Source: Adineta vaga
Taxonomy: Eukaryota > Animalia > Rotifera
Assembly: GCA_021613535.1 (NCBI GenBank)
Contig: CP075497.1
Location: 11,222,001 to 11,286,000 of the forward strand
DNA: 64,000 bases
Direction of reading: 5' to 3'
Every line of letters starts with the position of its first letter. Within the stretch, counting starts at the first letter, position 1. The position numbers and the translations under genes are program-made. Below are positions 31,617 to 47,300 of the stretch, one piece after another. Under the pieces are notes generated by a model. That model saw only the letters and a program-made list of their open reading frames with translations, did not search any database and had not been told where the DNA came from.

Positions 31617-33270
31617 TGATTATTATTATTATATTAATGTTTATTGTGGAATAATATCTCGATGAAGCATTCATATTATTCTAAAGATAAGTTGCAGAAC
31701 GAAAACATTGATGAAATCGATTAGAAAATATCAATGTGATTATCGTATTTAGAGAGAGAGAGAGAGGGAGGGATAAAAACGTGTCGATACATTCTATTTC
31801 TACAAATTAGACAATCGAAAATATTCTTTTGCAGAAAGAAGTACGTCGAGTTGTTAACAAATGCATCGCATCGTTCGTCAGTAAAGAAAAATGTCGTCTT
31901 TCTATCTTATCCTTATGCTTTTTTCCCTAGTTTTTTTTCTCTATCTTCTTATCTTTGTTCTTCTCATTATATTCTTTTGGAATTAGAGAAAAAGATGAAG
32001 AAGAAGGAAGAAGGCAAAGGAAAATATTGAGCATGTGTCGTTTGAAGATAAAAATATTAAAAAAAAACGGAAGATTTTCTTTCTGACATTGCAATGATTG
32101 AATTATCTATGGAAAATAGAGTTAATCAGATAAATTATTATTTCTTTTTTGTTAATAAATCCAATTTTTATTATGAGAACTTTAAAGACAGTATGAACTA
32201 TTGTGAATCTGACCTTTTATATATATATATAAGATATTCTCTTGAGAAAATACTTCGTATAATTTTTAACCTTGAACTGTCGATGAATGACATGAACAGT
32301 TTTCTTTTTTTTAATTAATTTATTAATACTGATTGCCTGATGACAAGTAGATTTTCTTTTTCTCACTTTGTAGAGAATTGTTTCATAATCATTAAGAAAT
32401 CTTTGCTCTGACACTGATGAATGTCTTCATATTGTTTGCCTTTTAATTTATTAGAAACGAATAGAAGGAAAAAACTAACAAAATACTGCTTATTTTTCTC
32501 GACCTCTTCAAGTATATGTCATCGAAACAAATAATGATCATTCTGCTACTTTGTCCTTTTGGTTTCGGCGAAAATAAATACCAGACGGAAGTTATTACCG
32601 CATGATGTTATCGACGATATTCTACGCACAAACAATAATCCTCTTCTGATAATTGACTCAATCGTTTCCTATCATTGGCTTATTCTCCTCTAATGCAACG
32701 CGAACCTTGATTAACACATTTAGCTTTCTTTCTGTTTTTGTTTTTCCTCGCGAAATTGATGGTAGATTTATGATAGAACATGACAGTATTTTGACTATAT
32801 GCATTGCCTATTCCTTTTATATGATTAGCTGATAGAGTATGTTCATAAAGAAATTGACAGAGCGAAAACGACGGAAAAAAGAACTATACTAACTTCCTTT
32901 TTTAAGAATACAAAAAAAGAAAGAGCATAAACAATGAACGCAGAAAGAAAACATAAGACCTATCTTGAGATTAACATAACCTAATGATGCTTATTGTCTT
33001 TCGATCAAATCTTTTCTGAGGATATTTTTGTCGATGAAGAAATGTTAATTCAGTTGTTGAATGGAAAGAGAAAAGATGAAAGTATACATTATCTAACAAG
33101 AATTATAATTATGATAATGAGAGAAAACAAAATGACAAACTAATGTTCTTTTTTTTTGTTTTTCGAAATTTTATTATGGTTGAATAAATTTTGTTGGTCA
33201 TTCTGTTAAAAAGAGAAAAAGAAAAAGAAAAGAAGAACACGTTCACAACAAAAAATATTCCAATTGAAGA

Positions 33271-34053
33271 TTAATTTCGCATTTGAAGTGTTGATATAAG
33301 AGATAGTAATTGTAATGCAGGACCAAGTTTCATTTTAAAAATACGAATTAAATGATCTTCTGTTAATAAGGGAAGTGTTCGACCATCGATTTTTTGTTGA
33401 ATAAATTTCTAAATATCAAAATCAGAAGAAAATCAAATAGAAATAATGGAGAATTTACTCGTGCAATATTTTTGTCAGGAAAATGTTTTTCAATAAATCG
33501 ACTCACATCAATAATTGACCATTCATTTAATAATAAAGATGAAGAAGTAGATGTAATTGAACTTCGACTATAATCACATGGTACAGAAATCTTTGATTCA
33601 GATAATGAATTGGATGGTAACGAAAAAGGTCGTTGTGAATTACGGCCTGAATGTGTATAGGAAATTTTTGGTATGCCTCCTATTTGTTGTGAGTGTGTTG
33701 ATGATATCAAAGATGGTAATATACTGACTACATTAGTTTTCGTATCCATAGGTCTAGGTAAAGCAAAATCAAACGTAATTTTTTTCCTCGTTTTGTACTG
33801 TCACATACTCTTTCTTGATATTTCCTGACTCGGTTGCTGAATGAGATGCTGTTGATAATGTATCCGATTTGACTAATGTTTGAAGCCATAAACGATATTG
33901 TTCATAATCTCTTCCACCACTTTGATAAAATCGTTTGAATGTATTACTTGAACTATTGATATCGCGAACTGTTGACGATTTCATTCGACGATTTACAATA
34001 CGTAAACGATGAACAGGTTTTATTGTCGGTCCAATATAATTATCGTTATTCAT
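33271..34053 (-). CDS. C-terminal SAM-domain protein, SAMD7/SAMD11/Polyhomeotic-type; 3 exons (34053-33809, 33753-33459, 33408-33271)
   Basis: Spliced C-terminus EWSIIDVSRFI...FIQQKIDGRTLPLLTEDHLIRIFKMKLGPALQL matches the IDGxxLPLLTEEHL...KLGPAL signature. Upstream exons are possible. Confidence 0.82.
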
Positions 34054-35782
34054 TTGTTTTTCGAAAAACAATCTGATTCAATATTGAATATGAAAAAAAA
34101 GGTCTCAACTGTCACAAATTTCTTTGATGTTCTTATTATTTATGGCAATCTTTATGTATTCTTTTAAACGATCGCTACGCATGATGTAGCAAACATCATA
34201 AGTGTGATCACAAAATCATATAGATGGTCTTGCTTGAGTGACTTTCTTTTTGTTAGTTTCATTTTTTTTCTCGATATTGAGAGTGAATTTATATCTATAA
34301 AAAAAATGAGTAATGAAACGAAAATAACTAGACGTTATACCATCTTGATATCAATTCATTTGGACGTAAAAAAACCGAAAACGACGAAGAAATTATATGA
34401 AATATTTTCATGTCAATCTTTCAAGAAGATAATAAGAGAATGCATCAATCAATTCAGATGATATTCAAGTCTAGAAAAAGAAAAGAAAATTGTTATTTCC
34501 ATATTGAAATTAGAATATAAAACATGGAATCAATCGATTTCATATATATATATATATTAGAAGCAATTTCTATACGAACAGATAAGAACCAAGATTTATG
34601 TCATATATATTTCTAAAGTAACAGATGGTCGTGTTTTTGTTTAATTAATTATACGTAAACGACAGATTGTTATTGTCAATGTCATTTAGAATCCATAAAT
34701 AATCATTTTATATCCTTAATTATCATTTGTCTCTACAATAGATCTGACATTTAATCAAAATACTCTGCTCGATAGGAGATCTCCTAATTGTTATAAACAC
34801 CCGTATAGTACTAAGACCTAATTGAAGAAACTTAGCAGAAAGTTTTATGATACGTATGAGATATACAGACGAAAAAGATTTGTTTTTATCTAAAATAATA
34901 TTTGAATTGACGATATGAATAATTAAAATTTATATCATTAAATGACTTTGAACATGCTATAGATGATCGAAGGTTAGAAAAAGTAAATGATCATAGTCTG
35001 AAAAAACAGCTGAACTCAATTAGATATTGGTTGTCTATGGTACATTATCGTTGATTGCTTTTCATGATTTAATGTTACCTGAAGATTGAAAATAAGAAAA
35101 GATTCAATATAGGAAAAAAGAAACTTGCTTACCAATGTGAGATGAAGACCCTGAAAATTGATCGTGCGTATCACCTTTCTACCTTCTTTTATATTACGCA
35201 TACATTCAATGAATCTTCAATCGTAAGAACAACAACGATCATAACTTCAAACTTTAACAATTGAGAATAATTATCGATCTATGGTTTGAGAAAAATCCAA
35301 GCAAATCATTAACGATTTTACAGTGAGATTGTTTTTATACACGAGTATTCTTTTCCGAACAAAACAAAGTAATAAGTTCAGCTTTAATAATCATATCTTT
35401 AAATTGAATAACTATAAAGCAAAAGAATTTTTATTCGATATGTAAGTTTCAACTTGGTAGATGTCGTTAATGATCAACAAATATTATCGTTTATTTTCGT
35501 CAAATCCATTCAACGAAAATAAATATTCGAGTACAAATTTCATCTCAGTGTTTTCATTTTTTTTGTTTTTTTATTGATTTTTGAAGTCGAATATCTTTAA
35601 TAGAGAAAATCTAATTGGATTAGTAATTTCCCATGAATCATCATTGACACAATAGAAAGGAATATGAAAATAAATTATTTCTCTTTTTATTGCGAATCTG
35701 TTGTAAGATTTTTTTCTAACTATTCTTTCTATAGATTCTTAGTTAGTTTCATCTAACTTATTGATTAAATCGTCTACATTCT

Positions 35783-38340
35783 ATGGCAACGAATTTCCAA
35801 ACAGATGAATATCTTTCTGTTGATCATCATCTACGTTCAATTGTTTATAATCCATCATTAAATTCATTAATTTATCTCAATAATAAACAAGAAATCATTG
35901 TTCGTAGTGCTGATCATTTATCCACATTATTTCATCAAACATTACCAATTCATAATTCGAATGAATATTATGAAATAATTCCTTGTCATGATAAATTTCT
36001 ATTCTTAACATCAACACATATCTATGTTCGACAATTATATCAAGGTTTATATTTTCTTGATTCTATTCTATCATCGATTAATGATGAAAATTGTCGTGTT
36101 TTAATCGAATTAACATATGGTGATGCACAATTGTTCTTACAATTATTATCAACATTAGATTTAACATCATTACAACATATTGCAGAATTTCATGATCTAT
36201 TAAAAAAGAAATTTGATGAACATATTTCGTCATCATTATGGAATGTTATACAAATTTCCTATGATTGTCTTAGTGCAATTAAAATTTGTTTTGATATTTT
36301 ACGTTTACATAAACAACAAATACAACAAATACAACAAAATCAAAGTAATCTTTCACCATTACCTGGAATTGTTGTTGTTGGTCTCTTACTTGATTATTTA
36401 ACACGATATTATCATCATAAAAAATCATTAGCTACATCTGCAGATGAACAAATTGGTTCAACAATAGAACCATCTACGTCCTCCTCCACCGCATCATCTT
36501 CAACTGCAGTAACATCGACAACAACAACAACAACAACAACCAGTACATTATTCAATACAAATGGACGAACAACACGTGAACGTTTGATGTTTAGTGAAGC
36601 AACACGATATAGAACATTTACATTATGGCCACATGCTGCTTTTCGATGGTTATCACCGGAAAGTATGGCCAAAGCTGGATTTTATTATTCACCATTGAAA
36701 GATAATGATGATCGTGCGTTATGTTTTGCTTGTACTGTTACACTTGTATGTTGGGAACCATCGGACTCGCCTTGGACAGAACATGGCCGTCATTCTCCAA
36801 ATTGTCCATTTATTAAAGGTGATTTTACTGAAAATGTTCCATTACGTACAACTTGTTCGATTCAACCGGGAAAGAAAATCTTTTCCAATCAACAACAACA
36901 AAAATGGCTGATTAAATCCAATGAATTAATATCACATGAACATATTTTACTCTTTTTAAATTCGGAATGGATTATTCGTTCAGTTGATATCACAAATGTT
37001 ATTCATATAAAAACAACATTAGCATTAAAAACTCTTATTGAACAATTAACAACTGATATCAATCATGAAGATAATTCACAAATTGATAATCCAAATCAAA
37101 CGATTTTTATCGAACATTTCGATCGTTCAACAACACGACGATATTTAAATTCAACTCTTATTCCACTTGCCTTAACTATGTATTCATCGTCACATAATAA
37201 TGAGACGGACAATTCAATCATTTTCACATTTGTTCATATATTAGAAACAAATAAATGTCTTCTATTAACTACAACAACTGCAAATCAATATGATAATATG
37301 ATTTCATCACGTGCATCAACCATTACAAATAGTCCTCATCATGAACAACAATTGATTGAAACTACATCAAATGATCAAATGAAATCTTCGACAAATAATA
37401 AATATGATTATTTAATTGAATTTTCAAATTTTAAACAATCACCTAAACAAGCCTTTCTCTTTCAATTAACAAAAACAAAAATGATTTTATTAATCAATAC
37501 AACTGAATGTATTCATAGTTACTGTATCGAATATGATCAATCGAATTTAACATCAAAAATACATTTCTATCATTGTATTCATCAGTCATCAAACAATGAT
37601 ATTGACATTGATTCTATAAATCCAATCATATTCGATGAAGATGAATCATTAAACACTGATGGACAATCAATGTTGAGTAATGAGGAAGAAACTTTCGAAT
37701 ATGAAGATAATGAAGAAGATGATAATGATGAAACTGATGATGAAGAATTTGGAAAAAAGAATCAGTATTTAAATAAAACTCCGAAGAGGAAACGCTTTTT
37801 AATTTGTTTAAAATCTGGTCCATTGATTTTCTATGATATTTCAACAGTTGGAAATGTCGAAAACAATTCCGAAGGAAATCCAATTGGTATTCTTGCTGAT
37901 CAACAAATAACAGGTCATGTGGAAAAATGTGTTCATGTAAAAGGCACAGAAATCATTTACGCATGGACAAGTGATCTTGGTGTGAAAAAAGTAACGAAGA
38001 AAACTTTTCATTAAAGAAAAACTCTTCATTTTTTTATTTTAGTTTAATATTCGTGATTTATTTCCATCGTATTTTCTACATTTACAATCTGATGATAAAA
38101 TTATGACATCTTCAATCAATCCATCTCAATCGAAAATGTCTTCGGATGAACAAAATATCAATTCATATTCAACATCAACTCTTCGTTCACTTTTATCATT
38201 TACATCATTTGATTCGTCGCCAACGACATATTTCTTTGCTCAAGTAAATTCTTCATTTTGGATTGATACACTCGATACAACGAAAACTAATGTTGATCGA
38301 CATACATGGCGTTTACAACAACCACACATCACTCAATCTC

Positions 38341-38377
<37 letters not shown>

Positions 38378-41300
38378 GCAACAACAATCATCATCATTGA
38401 ATCAACCAACAATTCCATCGATACATATATTTGATTTACAAACCGCTACACCATGTACTTTACATACCATTGAATTTCGTTATACATTAAATCGACAACA
38501 TTTATATAAGAAGAATTTATTTGTTACACTTTATCGATTTTCTAAAGATCAGAATGCTGTAGATCAAAAAATCGAATTTAATCAATTAAATTCCTCATTG
38601 AATTTTTCTAATCAAGATATTCTTGCTGGTCCATATTCATTAATTGACTATTTAGAATCACCAACACATGATCAAGGTCTTATTCAATTATGTTCGTATG
38701 ATTTATTAACGCATAAATCGAAACATTTTCGTCTTGTTCTCGAATCGAAATCAACAACAACAACAACAACATTAGCAAATCAACAAAACTTTTTTCCTAT
38801 TGAAATTATTTCTATAACACTTCGTTCAACAAAACATCAAACACGTTTATTACGTTTATATGATTCATCTACAATCAATTGTTTAATATCAACAATATTA
38901 ACCACAACAAATGAACGAAAAATACTTTTCTCATTAAATTTATTAATATCAATTATTTATACAACAAATGATTCGAATAAATTCAATCAAATCAAATCTT
39001 TAATATTAAATGAAATACTTCTTCAACGAACACTAATCTATACTTCAAGAACAATTGCCAAACGAATGGCAACATTGATCTTAATGATCATAAAAAATGA
39101 TCAAGATATGGATAAATTTATTGAAAATTTTCTAAATCTCTTTCCAATGAATGAACAGTACTTATTGGGATTTAAATCATCATCAGCATTGAAATGGTTT
39201 TTTATCATCATTGGACAATGGACGAAAACATATCAATATCAAGTTGGAAAGAAATTATTACAATGGTTATTGGAATTAGCGGAAATTATTAAAAATACAG
39301 ATACAATTCAGCGACAATCGTTAAGAAATAAGTAAGATATTGAATTTATTTGAATGTTTTTTTCAAGTTTTTTATGATGAATGTTTAGATTTGGATTTTA
39401 TTCGGATCCATTTGATGCGCATTTATTTGATGTTGATCTTGCTACTTTAATTGAATGTAGTCTTCGTCAACGAAATTGCAATACATCATCATCAACATCT
39501 TCAAATTCAACTAATCCATCACAATCATCTCGTCCACCTGGTATGAATGATAATTGTTATGATCCACGGATCTATTCTCGTTATGGTACAACAGGTTTAC
39601 CTATCATACCAACCGATCCGGAATCATTGTATTCAACAGCAAATATTCAATATGCTTTAACAAAACTTTTACCAAATTCTTTATCATCATCAAATGTTTA
39701 TTTAAAACCAATTCCAGGTCTTTTTGAAATTACACCATTAAATTATACTATTCATTCAGCAGCTGAAGGTACACGTCTTGAACGTGTTGATATGACACAT
39801 TTATTAACATTACGAACATATGAAACAACAAGTGCACCTCCACCATCGAATGTTGCTTTTGGTACTGCATCACATCATCTTTATCATCCAACAACATCAA
39901 GTTCAATTCCTCCGCCACCTCTTCCACCGGCTATATCAACATTTAATTCTACAAATACATTTCCATTTTCATTTCCTACACCTAATATCAATTCATATTA
40001 TGATACACTTTACATGTTACCATCTGCGAACAATTCAACAACCACGTCTACAACAATGAATGATCCAACATCAACTAATGTTTCGTCTTTTCCTATGACC
40101 ACAACAACAAGTACAACGACAATTGATAATTCGTTAAGTGGTAATTTAATTGCACCACCTTGGTTACCACATTTAGCATCAAAATTCAAAGATAAACAAG
40201 GTTTACAAAAAGAAAAATTAAAATTAATTGCCAAGAAAAATAAAGCAGCTGCGGCACAATCTTCTATGTTAAAAAAGAATTCAGCTTTATTTAATGATCT
40301 TATTCCATCATCGAAACTTTCGTCATCAGCATCGGCTGTTCTTCTTCCAACTCAAGCAATTCATTCTTCAAATATGCATTCATCTACAAATAAAAATCGT
40401 TCCGATGATGATAATCTTGATCAACAATCTACAACAACAACAGCAACTCCAATAACGACAACATTAGATGAAATTCTAACTCAACTATCAAATAATCTTC
40501 TTCATGGACAATATTTACCTTTATATCAATTCGTTATTGATCGTTTCTCCGGTGGTGGTCGAAGTCATTTTGTGTTAGATTTTGGTCAACAAGTGACCTT
40601 AACCGATATATTGATTCCATCTTGTCAAGAATTAGCTTCATTAAGTTTAGATTTTTGGACTCATGGTGAACATATCGATTGTCAACGTTTATTTTCTTCT
40701 ACATATATATCTACTCAACCATTCTTTCTTCATGATTTACAACCGGCAATCATCGCTCGATATATTCGTATAACATTAATTGGTCAATCAAATCTTTCCA
40801 TTTCATCGGTTCGTTTACCCGTTGGATATTTCTTTGGTTATCCATATATTTTAAATAATGATGAGAATAATTTAACTAATGAAAATCTTTCCAATCATCA
40901 TGATAAATATCAAATTAAATTACAAGTTATCGAAGGAATTTATGAAACTTTAATCTCAAATTATGCTCTATGTCGACAGAAATTATTTCATTTATTATCC
41001 ACAGTGAATAATTTTGAAAAGAATTTCATTGAAAAAATCTATCGTGAATGTCTTCAATTACAAATTCAAATAAATCAAGCTCAAAGACAAATTCAACAAT
41101 GTAAACAAATATTAAAAATCGAAACCTTTCCAATGGAGAATTCACAACCAACGAGTGATTATTTGAAATTATTAGCAGATTTATTAACGAGTGAATTAAC
41201 TTCATTATCAGGAATAATGCAACAAGCTGAAAAGTAAATCCTTAAAATAAATCGAAGAACATTTTGAAATTCTTCTTTTCTTTTTAGTTCAACATCGTTC

Positions 41301-44300
41301 ATTTCGTTGAATCAAGCATTACAAATCTTTGACACATTTGCAATTCGTCATGTTCAAATTGTTGATATGCCTAAACGTTTATTACAATTATGTTCATATC
41401 ATTCCTGGTGGCCTGAATTTGTAAAAGAATGTTTTCAACGTTATTTTCTTTCCAATGAAATCTTAACTCTTGATCAACAACAATCCTTATTCATTAATCT
41501 TGTTGATCTTTGTGAACAAACACTTTTAACCATGAATTCATCAACTGATTCTATCCTATCATATAATCGTCTTTTAGCTATTGAATATCTGAATAATACT
41601 TATGATTTATTATTAAATACAAAGAAGAATCATCAATCAATTGAATGGTTATTATTATTTATCTATCGTTTATCAGAAAAGAATCTTTTTCCTTATTATT
41701 ATGAACAAACAAATAAGAAAAGTCATTTTTCACAATCAATTACCAAACATTGGCAATTTCTTCATACATCATCCATTATTCCCAGTCCACGTTTAGTCAA
41801 TCCTTCAACAAATTATCGTCGAAAACTACGTAAAGAAACCTTATTAAAAAAGCCTTCGAAATCTTCCTCATCAGCACTCTCCACTCAAACACCTTCCTCT
41901 TCCTCTTCATCGATCATCATATCTCAATCGAATTCCATCGATTATTTTTGTCAACGATCATTAGTTGTCAATATTTGTCAATATCTTCTGGATATTCTCA
42001 TATCAAATCAAAATCTTTCGAATGAATTATTCATTCTTATTTGCAAATCTTTATCGGATATAAGTCGATCATGTAAACCATTAATTCTATTAAATGAATA
42101 TACAACAAAAGAGAATTTAATTCAATTAATCTTTCAAAATCAACAAGTTTGGGTAAAACATGCATTGATCTATTTTCTCAGTGATTTTATTGATAATGAA
42201 ATTTATTTACCAAATGAAATCTCGGAAAATGAACATGAAGAAGAGGAAATTGAAGTTGATAATGAAGAAGAAGAATGGACAAAGAAGAAACATTTTCCTG
42301 CATTTAAAAAATCCAAGAAGAAAATCAATTCACTCGATCAAGATATTCTTTATCCAACAACTGATGAATTTCTATATCTATTAACACAATCATCTTCATT
42401 TCATCAATTGAATACTTCATCTCCACAACAAAATCTTTATTCAAATCCAAATTATGATATTATTCCATTTTCAATTGATAATCGTCTCGATGGAAATATT
42501 CAATTCATTTTTGATCTTTTCACCATTAATCAATCGTATAAAATACAAAAATTTCTTAATAAAAATCTCATTCAATCCAATTCGAATACATTTCAATATG
42601 ATTTACATATGGAAAATTCGTCGTTAACAAATTCAGAAATGAAAAACTTCTTTTCACAAACAACAAGTGAATTATTAAATGAAATCTTTCAAACAATGTT
42701 ATGTGAATTAATTGAAAAACAAGACAAATTTTCCTATGAAATATTCGACAATATCGAACATTTACTTTCGTCATATTTATTGATTTCTTTAGGAAATTAT
42801 TCGAAAAATTTCCATCAGAAACAAACAGAAGTTGTACAAACAAATCAACCACCGATTAATATTCATTTAAAACCATTATTTCTTATGTCAATTGAAATTT
42901 TAAATAAATTTTTAAGATTTCTTTTGAATTCTTCATTAGTTACACTTCGTCTCTGGCATCATCTATTTTCATTATTATATTATTCAAGTACAAATATTCA
43001 ATTAGCAAATCAAATGAAACTAAATTGGTTCTGTGGAGAAATTGAAAATAGTTTATTTGCACAGATTTGGTTGAAATTTATACAAACAACTCATGAAATA
43101 ATTGATGAAAGTACAATTGATGTTATTATTAATTATTTTGAACGATTATTTATGTGTAATGATGAACATTCAACTAATTCGGAACATTCCAAATCAAGTA
43201 AACGAATTGCGACAACAGATGAATCGATTTCATTTGAAGAAACTTCATCATCGAGTCATACCAATCGTCTTTATTTAAATACATTATTATCACTTTTAAA
43301 TCGTCTCATTCTCAATGGTTTTCATGGACCTTTGAATTGTCATTTGAAATTTCTAACTTATCTTTTCAAACAAAATTTTTCTCAAGCAACATCAACAATT
43401 CGTTTAACATTGTGTCGAAATATTATCGATTTTGTTTGGTCATTTTGTTATTCCTATTCGCCACTTTCATTTACTCTAACAGATATTCATCCATTAATAT
43501 GTTTTCTTAATTACGATCGACTTCATCCTCATCGTCAAAGTTCATCAACAACAAATCCAATTGTTCCATCTTCATCACCAATTAATAAATGGCAATTAAT
43601 GAATACTGTTAATAAACTTTCCATACAAAATAATCAATCACCATCGACAGTTCCAACAACGAATGAATCAACAGCAAATACGAAAACATCACTGGTTCGT
43701 CGACAAAGTAATTTACGAGATATTTGTGTTCGACAAATGATTTTATTAATAACAAAACTAATGGAAAATCCAAATCAATCGATTGATCAACAACGAAAAC
43801 GTTTTAAATTCGAACAAGGTGATCAAAAACAATCGAATGAAATCCTTATTGACGATGAATCCGATGCTATACTTGAATCGACTTATATCGAAAAACTTCT
43901 TTCCATTCTTTCAACTTGTCATTCAGCATTAGATTCATCTGCATCGATTCCATTGACTTCATCAATTAAATTTCTTGCTGCATCTATCACTTCAACAACA
44001 GATTATTCATCATTTATTCATACAACAATACGATTAAATCTAAATGATTTACTTTCCGTTGGTGATAGTATATATTACTGTTTATCATCATTTTTATTAC
44101 AAACAAATTATCTTTTACCAATTCTTTGTCATTATTTATCAACAAAACCACTTCTTTCATCACCATTATTATTATTCATTATCTATTCGTTACATCATTC
44201 ACGAAATCATGAAGACGAAGAAAAAGAAGAAGAAGAATTCAAACGAAACGAATTTCTTGATTTATTAGTGAATAATTTCATTTCATTTTCAAATCATCTA

Positions 44301-47300
44301 TCAAATCAAACACAAATTCCTTCAGTTCAACGTATTTATGATCAACGACAATCTCTCAATACTAATTCAATGGATATTGGTTCGATTAATCTTGCACCAC
44401 AATGTCAAATTACGTGTTCAAACACCAATGCAATATCACCAGAAATCTTAATTCAAGCAAATACTAATCTTCAAACGACTCTTCCATCTTCATCGCGTCG
44501 TCTTCGTTCACCACCTTGGTCTTACACATTTCCTCCTAATGATCAACGTTGTACATTAACAATTAATTTTCCCTATTCAGTTATTTTAAAATCAATTCAA
44601 ATTCTAACATTTACTCAATTATCCGTAAATCATTACACAATTATTGATCATTTAAATACAAATTTAAGTCAATGTCCATCATCAATTACCTGTGAAATCT
44701 CTTCCGATGGCTATTATTTCATTCCATGTGCATATCTTTTGAATACTCAAGGTCAACAAATCATTAATCTTTCCATAACAAAACAAATTGATATTGTTAG
44801 ACAATTACGTATTCATTTTTCTAAACCAATCGATCATGATACCATTGGTTTACAACAGATCTTAATCTACGGTTACTATTCCTATGATCAACAAATGATT
44901 ATTGAACAAACAAGTCAACCATATCAAACTTTAATATCAACTGTTTATGGTCGACAAGTAACACATAGTAAATCGAATACAAGTTCATCAATTGTAACAA
45001 CATTAAATGATGATGATATGAAATTAATGTATTCATCTATGAAATCTTCATCATCGAATTCAACAAGTATTGATAACAGCCATCAAGTATCGATGATTTT
45101 AGCGGATAAATATCGTTCATTAAATCATTATTTACAACTGATACATCTATGTTTGAAAAGTGCAATGAAAATATCGAATGTTCTATTCGAGAAAATTCTT
45201 TATCTATTAGAAAAGAAATTTTTATTAAATAATGATTGGATTTATAATGAAATCTTTCTTTATTTAAGTAATCATTGTACAAATGAACAATTTGAAAAGT
45301 TAATTGAACATTTAATTCATTACAATCATTCACAAATCTTATCGGAAATGAGTTTCAATCAAATACGAATTAATTGTTTAATCAAAAACTTATTCAATCC
45401 ATCGATTAATCAACAGATAATTCAAAATATTTTCTGGAAAATCAAAGATGAAAACATTCTTCTCAATGATGAAATTTTCGAAGATTTAATCGAAAAACAT
45501 GACTGGTTATTACCATCCATTGCACATCATAAACCATCATTAATTATCAAGAAATATTTCAGTAAAATCGATTCCTATATCGAATATTTTCAACAATTAA
45601 AAACTGCTTCAACAAGTGTCGAATTTCTCGATGAAATTTTAATCAATGATTTATTTCTTCAAGCAATTGAACAATTAAATCAACACATAGTATCGATGAA
45701 TTTTCAAGATCAATCCATTTTTCATGCATTAGATTATCTCATTTCGATAAGTAAATATTCTAATGTTCAAATGTGGTTTTCTCAAACAAATTCAGCATCA
45801 AATATTTGGAAGAAATTATTAGATTTATTTATTAATCCACAATTTTCATCAACGATTCAATCACCATCAATTATTCTCACACAATTAATAACTCTTCTAC
45901 GAAATCTTTCGATACAATGTCCAACAAATCAAATGAATATGTCATTAATTGCTTCATATTTAGCACAATTAACTGAACAACGTTTGGAACAAGATCGACC
46001 ATTAACTGGTTATTTACAATATATTCTCAGTGAAGTTGTTCTCAAACATGAATATATTCAATGTTTAATTAATACAAAAGATTATCCAATTAATTCGAAA
46101 GAATATTCAACATTTCAAAGAAATTCTCTTTATCATCGTTTAATACAAGATTGTCCAATTACGATGAATATTGGACAATTAATTGAGAAATTCTTTGGTT
46201 ATAATTATCTACAAGCAAATATTTGGACAGCAACCAATTATATTAAAAATAAAAGTCATTTAATTAAAGCATCAAGTGAACCAATCAGTACAAATCATCG
46301 ACGAAAGATTCCGCGAGCTGAATTAGTTTCATTAAGATCAACATTAGCCGGAAAATTAACAACAAAATCTATAAGTTCATTATCAAATTTAGCTAAACAT
46401 CATAAATCTTCATCGAAATCGATGACAAATGAATCATCTAAAAAGACTTCGTCATCACCATCAACAATTCCTGTAGAAAATGTTCATTTTATTCTTCATA
46501 TAAATGGACAAAAGAAACAATGTATTCTTCCTAAAACAGTTCGATTAAGTGATTTATTATTATCATTTGATTGTCGATCATTAAATATGTACGAAGTTGA
46601 TGTAATGGAAATGACATTTGATAATCATATTGGACTTAATGATGGACAAGTAAGTGATTGAATTCAAATGATTTTTAATTTATGTTTTTTTCTCTCTAGG
46701 AAAATGATTTGATTACACAAAAATCAATTGTCGCTAATAAAGATTATCCAACCTTACTTGATACATTTGTTCATGCGAATGGTTTGAAGATTCTTGCACA
46801 ACATTTCGCTCGTAATTATCCATCAATTCAATCTTTTGATGAATGCATTACCTCATCATCTTCAACAGCAAATGTTTTCGATAAAATCAATTTCTTCGAT
46901 TTTTCTTCCTTAGTTTCCACTTCATCATCAAATAGTTCGAATACAATGACAATGCCCTATTATGTTTTTATTACATTTTCAATTTTTCTTCGTTTACCGA
47001 ATTATGCGCGAGCTATGTTAAAGAATCGTTCATTAGCATGTAATATTATTCGTTTAATGCTCGGTCAAAAGGAATCAATTTTAAATGAATATCAAGATCA
47101 AACTCATCAACAACATCAAGAAAATTTTGACATGAGACAAATATCGAAATTACCATTTGAAACTTTATCGATTCTTCTCAAAGATTCTCCCGATGATCTA
47201 TTAGATGAAATTTTACATTCAAGTATTCTTCTTCTACTATTATCTTGTTTATCATCAATTACACGTCATCCACATCGAAAACAAAAAGATTCATCTTCAA

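Noticed and set aside
36213-45333. Short ORFs overlapping BIRC6 on either strand
   Set aside because: These are shadow frames of a long, low-complexity coding sequence.
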